Assembly: GCA_964016885.1 (NCBI GenBank) | Contig: OZ024740.1 | Coordinates: 261,144,001-261,208,000, forward strand | DNA length: 64,000 nt | Source: Eledone cirrhosa | Lineage: Eukaryota | Direction of reading: 5' to 3' | Part shown: positions 1 to 11,999 of the stretch, in pieces | Layout of the letters: each line of letters starts with the position of its first letter | Numbering within the stretch: the first letter of the stretch is position 1 | Translations under genes and position numbers: made by a program | The notes under the pieces: model-generated | The model's input: the letters and a program-made list of their open reading frames with translations, nothing else | Databases searched by the model: none | What the model was told of the DNA's origin: nothing

Positions 1-465
1 TGGTATGGTAAGACTGGTTGATGTGATATTAGACTAATGGTTATTTAGATCCAAACTGATGGTAGAATGGTTGGTTTTAGGGTAGTATAGTAAGACTGGT
101 TGATGTGATATTAGACTAATGGTTATTTAGATCCAAACTGATGGTAGAATGGTTAGTCTTAGAATGGTATGGTAAGACTGGTTGATGTGATATTAGACTA
201 ATGGTTATTTAGATCCAAACTGATGGTGGAATGGTAGGTTTTAGAGTGATATACTAATGCTGGTTCTTGTGATGTTAAACTGGTGATTATATAGATTCCA
301 ATCTCAATCCGGTGGTAAAATATTAAATCTTAGAATGGTATGGTAACATTTGGTTCTTGTGGTGGTAGACTAATGACTATATAGATCCCAAACTGATGGT
401 AGAGTGGTTAGTTTTAGAGTGATATGGTAACAGTGGTCGATGTGATGGTAGATTAATGACAGCTA
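1..465. repeat. ~82-bp tandem repeat, about 5.5 copies, degenerating rightwards
   Basis: aagactggttgatgtgatattagactaatgg recurs at 10, 92 and 174; more diverged copies follow. Confidence 0.9.
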
Positions 466-790
466 ATGACTGATTCAGTAAAAACTTATAACTCTTCCCT
501 TTCTCAATTCACCATCTCTTTTATCTCTTTTTGTCACCCTTTCTTTGCTCTCTCTCTCACTCTTCTCTCATCCTCTCTTATCTCTCTTTGTCTATTGACC
601 TTTCTGTCAATCTGTCTATCTACCTCTCTGTCTGTCTCTCCGTCCATCCATCTAGATATCTATCTATCTTCTGACACATTCAAACAATATCATGAGAATA
701 AACCCAAAGTGTTAATTAAATATGTAAATATTGTGTTGTTTCACTCACTGGGATCTCATCAGTTATAGCTCCACATATTCTTGTCTGTAG

Positions 791-886
791 GACCAACCAG
801 CATTCCTGTCAACACCCTAACAACAACTGTAAGCTGATTCTTCAGTACATGTGTCATGATCTCATCAGAGATGGAACTAATGTGAA
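791..886 (+). CDS. DD3-3-like protein, first exon in window (gene 5'-incomplete)
   Basis: ag|G...AA|gtaagt; (W)TNQHSCQHPNNNCKLILQYMCHDLIRDGTNV resembles the WTNQHSC...LQYMC...RDG block I recall from DD3-3-like proteins; phase 2/2. Confidence 0.88.
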
Positions 887-949
887 GTAAGTTAATATTC
901 ATTATTAATTTTTCAGATTAAATTTTGCTCTTCTATCTCCAACAAAATT

Positions 950-1170
950 CTATTTTAAGTGGTAGCATTCCAGCGACAATTTTCTTTAGATATTATAAAA
1001 TATTAAACATTGCAAAAAAAGAACATTACAAGGAATCCCATGTTATAAAATAAATATGATGGGCTGGGGTCTCAATATGTAAACTAAACAACTAATTCTG
1101 TTTTTTTAATAAAAAAAAAAAAAAAACAAGGGAGACAACCTAGAAAAATTACCGAGTTTCCAAACCCCAC
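950..1170. repeat. Unclassified interspersed repeat; second copy at ~34410-34620
   Basis: ttaagtggt-gcattcc...tgttataaaataaata-gatggg-tggggtctcaata-gtaaactaaa--actaattctg is shared by the two introns. Confidence 0.75.
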
Positions 1171-1248
1171 CTATTATTGTGATGTTACTATTCAGTGATG
1201 TTACTGACTATTTCAATGTATTGAAGCTTGCTCTGATTCTAATTCTAG

Positions 1249-1387
1249 AACTGTTCCAACTAACACTAAACAATGCAAAGATAAAGATTGTAACCATGAC
1301 TTTCAATATGGGATGCATGAGAATTACACATATTACCTGACATGTGACAGACGACAAAGAAACAAGGGGCTGTTTATTGCTGACCAA
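1249..1387 (+). CDS. DD3-3-like protein exon
   Basis: ag/gt bounded, 139 nt, phase 2/0; TVPTNTKQCKDKDCNHDFQYGMHENYTYYLTCDRRQRNKGLFIADQ. Confidence 0.9.
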
Positions 1388-1644
1388 GTAAGTAGGTATG
1401 ACTGGCAGTGGTGGTCGCAGTGGAGGTGTATGTGGTGGTGATGGGTGTTTAATTGGTGCTAGTGGTGGTGTAAATGGTGGTGGTGGTAGTGGTAGTGTGT
1501 ATATGGTAGTCATGGTGTATGTGGTCATCATAGTCATGGCAGTGGTGGTGTATAGTGTAGTGATTGTGGTGGTGTGTATGTGATGTTGGTGTGGTTGTTT
1601 TGGTGATGCTCTGTAGTTTTTATTTATTTCAGTAAAAACCTTAA

Positions 1645-1839
<195 letters not shown>

Positions 1840-1872
1840 TAATTGGTATATTATACTATGTGGTACCTAACA

Positions 1873-3490
1873 TCATCATCATCATCATCGTTTAATGTCT
1901 ATCTTCCACGATAGCATAGGTTTAGACGGGAATTGTCCCACGTGAGGCAAGATTGGTTGTCTTGCTCGTATAGGACTGCCTGGCAGGTTTTCTACGGCTG
2001 GATGCCCTTCCCAACACCAACCACGTTTACAGTGTGGACTGGGAGGTTTTTACCGTGTTACCTACATGGCCCACATTACAGCGTGGACTGTGTGTTTTTT
2101 TTGTCATGACACCTACACAACCTCATTTATTTAGGACTGGATGTTGTTGCTCCAACATAACTTTACAGAGAAAGGGGTGGTGTAGATGGCGGTGGGGGTA
2201 GGGGTAGTGGGATGTTGGTGTATTTTTGGTTAGGAGGTGCCTACTGACTGTAGGTTTCGCTTTGTACTTAGGCAAGGCAGGTCTTCTGTATTACTGTGTA
2301 GTGACAAAGATCTCGGTCCAGTGACATTGTCTTGGAGAGGTGTAGGTGTGTAAGGTCGGAATTTATCAAATCGTCCCAGGTTTTTCTGGGTCTGCCTACT
2401 CCGTAGCTTCCATCTATTTTGATCGGCCTGCACTTTTTTATACAGCTATCGTCTTTCATGTGCATCACGTGACCATACCAACATAGTCTTCTCTCGAGTA
2501 AACAGCATCTGATCCCTCTTATTCTTAATTTCTCACTTAGTTCACTTATGCTTTGCCGTTCACGTATATTACTATTACACATCCAGCGGAGCATGCAAGC
2601 TTCATTCCTCTCCAGTCTGCGCAGATCCTCTACACACAATGCCCATGTCTCACTGCCATGTAACATTGCTGTTGGTATGCAGGCATCATACAGTCTGCCT
2701 TTCATTTTTAGGGAGAAACATTTAACGGCCAATAGTGGTATAAGCTCTCAACTCTTTCCATCCCGTTCTGACTCTAACTACTGTACTTTCAGAGAACCCT
2801 CCCCCACTGTTGATTTTGTCACCCAGGTAATGGAAGGTGTCCACTATTTCTATAGAACCATCTGGGCAATGGAAGGAGCTAGTATTCTGTGGGCACTTGC
2901 TACTACTTATTGCACCTAAGCACCGGCCACATATAAAATCTATGTTCTTAGTTAGTTTACCTGTGACCCCACTACATCTTTTATGCACCCATACTTTGCA
3001 TTTGGGACATAAAATGGAGTTTCTGCCTACTCCTTTCCTACACACTGAACATGGCCATTTCACAGAGGGGACCAGTGCCCTATTTTCCTTCCTACATACT
3101 AGAACTTTAGTCTTAGACAAGTTAATTTTAAGGCCTTTTGATTCTAGGCCATGCTTCCAAGTTTGGAATTTCTTCTCTAGTTCAGTCATTGATTCAGCTA
3201 TGAGCGTTAGATCATCTGCGTATAGAAGTTCCCATGGGCAGCCGGTCTTGAACTCCTCTGTTATTGCCTGAAGGGCAATAATAAATAGGAGGGGGCTAAG
3301 GACAGAGTCCTGATGAACACTGACTTTTACGCTAAATTCTTCACTATATTCGTTTTTAATTCTAACCTTGCTGACTGTATCTTTATACCTGGCTTTATAG
3401 CTCGCACGAGCCATTCATCAACACCTAGTTTTCTAAGAGCCCACCAGATAATGGAGTGGGGGACTCTGTCAAAGGCTTTCTCCAACTCCC
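1873..3490 (-). mobile_element. 5'-truncated RTE-clade LINE (PHD-finger family), frameshifted
   Basis: LEKAFDRVP, YADD, CSVC..CPKC..HKRC..CGRC and GRPRKTW across ORFs 2268-3536; 3' UTR ends in a (GAT)n tail at ~1875. Confidence 0.93.
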
Positions 3491-3811
3491 AATTACTGTT
3501 ATACGTTTGTTTAATAACCTTCTCGTATTTAAACACTGATTACTGTTATACGTTCGTTTATAGATTTAAATTTAAAAAAAAAATAACCTTCTCGTTATAA
3601 CTTTTTCGGGAACATTCTTCCTTCTTCTTCTCCTCTACTCTGTCCCCCAATGCATTGTCTATAAGCCTACAGGCCTCCCTCTCTCTCTCTCTTAGCAAGT
3701 ATAAAATGAACCTGTCGGTCGTCAAAAATTTCAGAATTCTTTGAATCTTCATCCCTGCCGAAGGGACGTTTGAGAAATGTAATGTATTTACGCCATTTTC
3801 TTGTCTCTCTC

Positions 3812-4045
3812 TACACTATACTATGTGGTACCTAACACACGATACTATGTGGTACCTAACACACTATACTATGTGTTACCTAACACACTATACTATGTGT
3901 TACCTAACACACTATACAATGTGTTACCTAACACACTATACATTGTGGTACCTAACACACCATACTATATGGTACCTAACACTATACAATGTGGTGTGTA
4001 ACACACTATACTATGTGTTACCAAACACTCCATATTATGTGGTAT
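3812..4045. repeat. 24-bp minisatellite (cctaacacactatactatgtggta)
   Basis: About 9-10 visible units; gives the spurious PNTLYYVL repeat ORF. Confidence 0.9.
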
Positions 4046-5179
4046 CAGGTGACGGTATTGAACTGAGCAGTGGATTAGATTTATCACCTAAGAACATAGA
4101 AAAGTTGTTTACAAGGCTTGGATCAACTTGGGGGTATAGTGAAGGACACTTACTTAATGTGCCATACAGTGGGATTAAACTTAGAATCATGTGATTGTGA
4201 ATTGTGCAGCTTAACTGTTTAGTATTTAAACCGGCCATATCTGGCCAGAATTCTGTTACCTATTTCTGTTCAAAGTGGCCATAACTGGCCACTCATTTAT
4301 GTCAAGGTATTGTTCTCAAAATAAATAATAGCAAAATCTCATAGATTCGATATTATGTGAGATAATTATGTGAGATAAAGCTTTTATCACAAAAATACAA
4401 TAGTAAATATAGAGTAATATAAATGCTAAAGGGTTAGCCACACAGCCATACTTCCATCCATGATGTGTGTTAATCATATTTCAACCATTTCACTTTGTCT
4501 AGGACATTACCTTATTAACAAACAATGTTAGCCAATAGAACCATGTGATTCATCATCATCATTATCATCATCATGTTACATCTGCATTCTATGCTAGCAT
4601 GGGTATGACAGATTGTTCCATATTTGGCATGGCTGCCTTTCCTAATACCTACCACTTTACAGAATGTACCAAGTGCCACCATAGAAGCAACATAGAACAT
4701 GTACCATCATAGAAGCAACACCAGAGAGGTTGTCATATACTCATATACTCAGCCAGACTAGAGACTCTTCTCTATCTTACATTGTCTCCATTTGATTACC
4801 AACCAATTTACAGAGTTCACTGGATGTTTTTCTTAATTCCTTCATGACCATATTTGTAATTGAAGATATCAAGCATTTGAGTATAACTTAACTAATGTTT
4901 TCACATAAAATTATGATGTGTTTTGATCATATTTTAACTCTTTCTCTCTGTTCTCGACATTACTTTATTAACAAACAAGTTAGCCAACAGAACCATGTGA
5001 TTACAAAATGTATTTCTTAACTCCTTCATTACCATATCTAACTAAAGATACCAACAATTTGAGCATAATTTACCAAAGGTTATTGCATAGATTTATCATA
5101 AAATATAAACAGTTTAAAACATTTCTTTTTTATCACAGGTCTAGGGGTACTTTCTGGCAGTTTGGTATCAAAAAGGTGA

Positions 5180-5320
5180 AGGCATGTGGCCTATTAATGA
5201 GGGTGTTGAGTTTATAATATTATGATGATGAGTTTGGTTCTCAGGCTGGAGAACACATGTCTTTGAGCAAGACATTTTATTTCATGTTGCTCCAGTCCTC
5301 TCGGGTGGCAAAAACAAGTT
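5180..5320 (+). mobile_element. Degenerate tRNA-derived SINE (CORE-like family)
   Basis: ggcatgtggcc...tttgagcaagacattttatttcatgttgctccagtc matches the copy at 39296. Confidence 0.6.
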
Positions 5321-5581
5321 GTGATAACACTAGTACCATGCTGTTTTAACCTTTGCCATTCCCTTGAATGACATCAGCATCATGAAGTGGGGTGACTGGC
5401 ATGCTCAAGCAATTGTTGATCTTCCACCAAACATATCTTGTTCAATATTGTACTTTGGAGAAGAATCTTTGTTTGGTCATGTCTCAGTGAGGGCTTCATT
5501 GTATCAAAAAGCTTGACCACATAACTATGCTTCCAACCATAATGTGTGTTGATTCTATTTTAACTCTTTCATTTTCTCCAG

Positions 5582-5731
5582 GATATTGCTGTATTAACAA
5601 ACAATGTTAGCCGATGTAGTTTTTACCAAGAGAACAGTGAGAATGTTAAGTCTAAAGGGAGCTGTGAAGTACCTTTGAGTGTTTTAAAATTGCCAAATAT
5701 TGTCATTCCTAATAATAAAGAGGATTGTGAG
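5582..5731 (+). CDS. DD3-3-like protein exon
   Basis: ctccag|...|gtcagt, 150 nt, phase 0/0; DIAVLTNNVSRCSFYQENSENVKSKGSCEV...IPNNKEDCE. Confidence 0.9.
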
Positions 5732-5767
5732 GTCAGTTCTTCAATTATTTCTCTATCATATATTCAT

Positions 5768-8025
5768 AGTCTATATATGATGTCTATACATGCTGCCTGT
5801 CTATATATGATGTCTATATATGATGTCTATATGTGATGTCTATATATGATGTCTATATATGATGTCTATATACGATGTCTATATACAATGTAAATATATG
5901 CTGTCTATATATGATGCCTATACGATGTCTATATATGATGTCTATATGTGATGTCTATATACAATGTCTATATATGATGTCTATATATGATGTCTATATA
6001 TGATGTCTATATACGATGTCTATATGTGATGTCTATATATGATGTCTATATATGATGTTATTATATGATGTCTATATGATGTTTATATATGATGCCTATA
6101 TGATGTCTATATACAATGTCTGTATATGATGTCTATATATGATGTCTATATGATGTCTATATATGATGTCTACATGATGTCTATATATGATGTCTATATA
6201 TGATCTCTGTATATGATGTCTATATGTGATGTCTATATATGATGTCTATATATGATGTCTATATCTGATGTCTATATATGATCTCTGTATATGATGTCTA
6301 TATGTGATGTCTATATATGATGTCTATATACAATGTCTATATATGATGTCTATATATGATCTCTGTATATGATATCTATATATGATGTCTATATATGATC
6401 TCTGTATATGATGTCTATATATGATGTATATATATGATGTCTATATACGATGTTATATACAATGTTTATATATGATGTCTATATATGAAGTCTATATATG
6501 ATGTCTATATATGATGTCTATATATGATGTCTATATATGATGTCTATATATGATCTCTGTATATGATGTCTATATATGATGTCTATATGATGTCTATATA
6601 TGATGTCTATATATGATGTCTGTATCTGATGTCTATATATGATGTCTATATATGATGTCTATATATGATGTCTGTATATGATGTCTATATGATGTCTATA
6701 TATGATGTCTATATATGATGTCTATATGATGTCTATATATGATGTCTATATATGATGTCTACATGATGTCTATATATGATGTCTATATATGATGTCTATA
6801 TATGATCTCTGTATATGATGTCTATATGTGATGTCTATATATGATGTCTATATATGATGTCTATATCTGATGTCTATATATGATCTCTGTATATGATGTC
6901 TATATGTGATGTCTATATATGATGTCTATATACAATGTCTATATATGATGTCTATATATGATCTCTGTATATGATATCTATATATGATGTCTATATATGA
7001 TCTCTGTATATGATGTCTATATATGATGTATATATATGATGTCTATATACAATGTTATATACAATGTTTATATATGATGTCTATATATGAAGTCTATATA
7101 TGATGTCTATATATGATGTCTATATATGATGTCTATATATGATGTCTATATATGATGTCTATATATGATCTCTGTATATGATGTCTATATATGATGTCTA
7201 TATGATGTCTATATATGATGTCTATATATGATGTCTGTATATGATGTCTATATATGATGTCTATATATGATGTCTATATATGATGTCTATATATGATCTC
7301 TGTATATGATGTCTATATGTGATGTCTATATATGATGTCTATATATGATGTCTATATCTGATGTCTATATATGATCTCTGTATATGATGTCTATATGTGA
7401 TGTCTATATATGATCTCTGTATATGATGTCTATATATGATGTATATATATGATGTCTATATACGATGTTATATACAATGTTTATATATGATGTCTATATA
7501 TGAAGTCTATATATGATGTCTATATATGATGTCTATATATGATGTCTATATATGATGTCTATATATGATGTCTATATATGATCTCTGTATATGATGTCTA
7601 TATATGATGTCTATATGATGTCTATATATGATGTCTATATATGATGTCTGTATATGATGTCTATATATGATGTCTATATATGATGTCTATATATGATGTC
7701 TGTATATGATGTCTATATGATGTCTATATATGATGTCTATATATGATGTCTATATGATGTTTATATATGATGTCTATATATGATCTCTGTATATGATGTC
7801 TATATATGATGTCTATATGATGTCTATATATGATGTCTATATATGATGTCTATATATGATCTCTATATATGATCTCTATATATGATGTCTATATATGATG
7901 TCTATATATGATGTCTATATATGATGTCTGTATATGATGTCTATATGATGTCTATATATGATGTCTATATATGATGTCTGTATATGATGTCTATATGTTC
8001 ATTCTATATATATATATGCTGTCTA
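5768..8025. repeat. 13-bp satellite (gatgtctatatat)n, ~2.25 kb
   Basis: Continuous tandem units with 11-bp and point variants. Confidence 0.97.
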
Positions 8026-8229
8026 TACATCCATGGTTTATATATGAGCTCTCTCTATAAACATTATATATGAAGTGTATATAAAAGTCATCATCATCAT
8101 CGTTTTATGTCCACCTCCCATGCAGTTATATGTTGGACAGGTCATCACATTCTGTGACCAAACAGGGCAGATGACCACATTTTACTCATATATTCTATTT
8201 TGGCATAATTTCTACAGCTGGAATCTCTT

Positions 8230-8445
8230 CCTTTTACTAACTACTTTACAGAGTGGTCTGGGTACAATTTTTTAGTTACCAGCTCTACCATTTTACAGAG
8301 TGAACTGGGTGCATTTTATTAAGATACCAGCTCTACCATTTTACAGAGTGAACTAGGTACATTTTATTAAGATACCAGCTCTACCATTTTACAGGGTGGA
8401 CTGAGTGTATTTTATTGAGATACTAGCTCTGCCATTTTACAGGGT
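8230..8445. repeat. ~48-bp tandem repeat resembling RTE 3' UTR sequence
   Basis: gataccagctctaccattttacagagtgaactgggtgcattttattaa repeated about 4 times. Confidence 0.75.
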
Positions 8446-8513
8446 AGCCTGCCAATCCACTGCCCTTCAGTAACAGAATAAAATAATTAAAATACATTTA
8501 TTATCTTTGACAG

Positions 8514-8707
8514 AAATTCAAATATGGAGCCGGTGGAAAAACAGCTGTGTGGAAAGAACACCCCTCACATGGAGTAGCTGCCCCTTTATGTAGAGAGGCC
8601 CAGTTTAGTTGGGATAATTATTTAGGCAATGGTTATAATGGTAAATCTAATGTCTTCAACTGGACTGTTCCTGAAACCCCTGGAAAACATTGCATTCTGA
8701 GAATAAG
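8514..8707 (+). CDS. DD3-3-like protein exon
   Basis: gacag|...AG|gttagt, 194 nt, phase 0/2; KFKYGAGGKTAVWKEHPSHGVAAPLCREAQFSWDNYLGNG...FNWTVPETPGKHCILRI. Confidence 0.9.
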
Positions 8708-9602
8708 GTTAGTACATTCTTTTCTTTATTTTTATCCTTTTGACTCCCCAAACTACTTGAAGCTGTCTTTCAGTCTATGATGTAAAGCTGTTTATATCTA
8801 TCTAAAAACCTTTCATCATAATTTTATGAAAGAATCTTTAATAATTTATGTTCCAAACACCAGAAAATTATTTTATTAAATCCAACCAAATTCTAGATTA
8901 TTTTCAAAATTATTTGAAAATAATGGGCAATGTCTTTCTTTACAAAAGGGTGATTAGTTACTGGATACCCTTCCTGATGCTAACCACTTTACAGAATGTA
9001 CTAGGTGCATTTTATTGTAGCACCTACACTACTACTTTCCAGAATGCACTGGTTGCATTTTATTGTCATTTGCTCAGTCAGACTAAAGAGTCTTTGATCA
9101 CCAACCACTTCACTGAGTGTATTAGATGCATTTCATCATAATACCAACACTAGAGAGGTTGTCAAGAACTCAACAGGACTAGTGTATCCTCTCTACTCTG
9201 CATTGTCTCACTGTTTGTTCCCCACTTTACAAGTTCTGGGCGTGGGATGAGTAAATACTGAGTGCGTGCCGTTGTGACACCAATACAAAGGATATCGTCT
9301 CATCTTCTATAGGAAAAAATGCTACTTTCCACACCATATGGTCTCCAATTTCTCACCATATTTACCTTTAGCTTTACAGTGGCTGGAATACCACCATTAG
9401 CTCGGCTAGTCTTGCTTAAGGATCTGGCTGGATCAATTAGGGATGGTTGCTTCTGACAGGACCTGTTGGAAGAAGTGTTTGAGGATTTTGCTCCCATGAC
9501 CCTCTCTGGAATAAGTGGGCAAAAAGAAGAACTATTTGTTAAGTTACTATCTTAGTTATGAAATAATTGATCATTTTAGTGAATCCCTCAAAATACTTCA
9601 TT

Positions 9603-9785
9603 TGGATTGGCAGTATCAGTAGAGGGTCGGACGCCATGCTTTCCAGCATAGTTACGTCCCTTTACGATCTGAGTTCAAATCCCGCCGAGGTTGACTTTGC
9701 CTTTCATCCTTACGGGGTCGATAAAATAAAGTACCAGTAATGCACTGGGTAATTGCTGACCTTGTGCCTAAAGTAGAGACAATTA
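9603..9785 (+). mobile_element. tRNA-derived SINE family A (~190 bp). Other copies or fragments at ~10515-10640(+), 11633-11750(-), 11755-11940(-), 17221-17407(-), 24250-24372(-), 29052-29146(+), 36868-37070(+), 37730-37916(-), 38229-38335(+), 49885-50055(+)
   Basis: A-box-like tggcagtatc(a/g)gtag, B-box gagttcaaatccc, central gactttgcctttcatccttacggggtcgataaaataaagtaccag, A/T-rich tail. Confidence 0.88.
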
Positions 9786-9880
9786 ATGAATTGAAATAGA
9801 GGGTATTTCATTTGAAATACTGTCACAAAATGGTAAAGACAATTTTCAGACTAACAGTGTTCTTATTGATTTATATTAAG

Positions 9881-10114
9881 GTACAACATTTCCACAACAG
9901 ACTATGATTGGTCAGCAGATCATACTTTCAATCCAGACAAACAAGGAGATCCTTCAAAACTTGATCTTTCAACAGAGTACACCCTTAATGATAAGACTAA
10001 AGAGCGAGGCTATGTCTTTAAACAGAATCCAGTTGTGAAAATCTTTGATGGAGTTGACTTCGATTTAAGATTGGCCATTGATACCTCCCAGTTTGGTCGA
10101 ATATTTCAAGATAG
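9881..10114 (+). CDS. DD3-3-like protein exon
   Basis: ttaag|G...AG|gtaaat, 234 nt, phase 2/2; (R)YNISTTDYD...RGYVFKQNPVV...LRLAIDTSQFGRIFQD(R). Confidence 0.9.
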
Positions 10115-11383
10115 GTAAATACCTTTTAACTGCTTCTTTCCTTCTCAACCTAACTTTTATTTTCATTTTTTCTCATATCCCACCTTATCTCAGCTGATCT
10201 TCTGACCAAACCAGAACAACATACCCAGGTCAGATATCTTGCTCTATCATCAGTGTTTATATTTCTGATACTGTCTTCAATCCTCTGCCTTTTTAAAGTA
10301 TATCAATGAGGATGGTGGGCTGTCTCCTATCGTTAATGCCCCAATGTGTTGGCTGTCATAACACTAGATTTGTGGCTATTGTAATCTTCACTGAGATATC
10401 TTTTGAATTGTATTGGCATTGTGGCTCTCTTCCAAGTGATTGTTAAGAACCATCCATAGTATTGTGGGAGTATATTCCATTTATAGGTGGAAAATTGACA
10501 GAGTTGTTAGAAGATCTGATAGAATGCTTTGTAGTATTCCTTTTGGCTCTCTGCTTTCTGAGTTCAAATCCTGCCAAGATCAACTTGCCTTTCATCTATT
10601 TGTAGTTGATAAAAAAAAGTACCAGTCTAATACTGGGGTCGAATTTTCCTCTATATCTCTTTCTCACATTTTTTCCTTTTTCTCTGGAAGAAATCTGCTA
10701 TATTCAGGCTTGGAGAGGGAATAGGCTCTGCCAGGTTTAAAAAATGCCCAGGAAATGCTGTATGTCAATATGGTTCCTGTACACCTCCCACAGGAGTTAT
10801 GGGTTCATACCATACCACATTCCATCTAGCTGATTTTCAAGCCTCTGTGTAAGTGTCTATGTCTTACTGCCATATAACAAGAAGATTCAACCATTGCTAA
10901 AAAACATCTGATTTCAATACTCTCTCTCTAAGGAGTGACTTCCAAAACTTTGATAATTTATAATGTACGTACTAAGTAATTATCTTTCTTTTGTTGATAT
11001 CTTTCCTCTGAGCTAGCTGTCCAAGCTCCAAGATATTTGAGCTGTCAAGATTTTACATTGATAATAACTGGATCACAGTGTAGTAGTACATATGTATGTG
11101 TATGTCCAGTATGTTTCTGTACTGTCCCATATCTGTGAAGATATAGGATATCTGTATGTGTGTGTGTATTATACCAACAGTAGTACTGTCTCATATATGT
11201 GTAAGTCAATGTGTGTATATATAAACCAACAGCGATACTGTCCTGTGTAGGTATAGGATGTGTGTGTAACAAAGTCATGCTGACCCATATATGTGATTAG
11301 TTTTGTAGTGTTGATCAAGGATGTTTGTGCATTTGTAACAGCAGTACTCTCCTAGATATATGATTAGCTCTCTAATGTAGGTT

Positions 11384-11433
<50 letters not shown>

Positions 11434-11999
11434 GTGAGTGTGGGTATCTGTGTGTTTGTGTGTGTGTGTATATACATATGGCAACAGTACCACTTTAGCT
11501 GTAGAAGCAATACTCCATTGTTGGATTAGAATGTCTGTGTGAGAACAGTACTTTATTGTGGGTCAAAGATGTCTGTATATGTACTAACATTACTATCTCA
11601 GATATATCAGAGCAGTATATGTATATATATGATAAATGTTTCTACTTTTGGCACAAGGCCAGCAATTGTCCCAGTGTATTACTGGTACTTTATTTTATCG
11701 ACCTCGTAAGGATGAAAGGCAAAGTTAACCTCGATGGGATTTGAACTCAGATGATAATTGTTTTATTTTAGGCACAAGGCCAGCAATTACCCAGTACATT
11801 ACTGGTACTTTATTTTATCGACCCCGTAAGGATGAAAGGCAAAGTTAACCTCGGCGGGATTTGAACTCAGATCATAAAGGGACGTAACTCTATGCTTCAA
11901 AGCATGGTGTCCGACTCTCTACCGATACTGCCAATCCACCGCTCCTATATATATCATCACCTCGGTTGTATATATATATGATAATATATATATATGATA

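Noticed and set aside
1-465. Regular repeats as possible CRISPR arrays (also 3812-4045, 31109-31630)
   Set aside because: Head-to-tail units with no unique spacers; eukaryotic context; no cas genes
9603-9690. tRNA genes at A/B-box-containing sequences
   Set aside because: No complete cloverleaf; they are the heads of multi-copy SINEs
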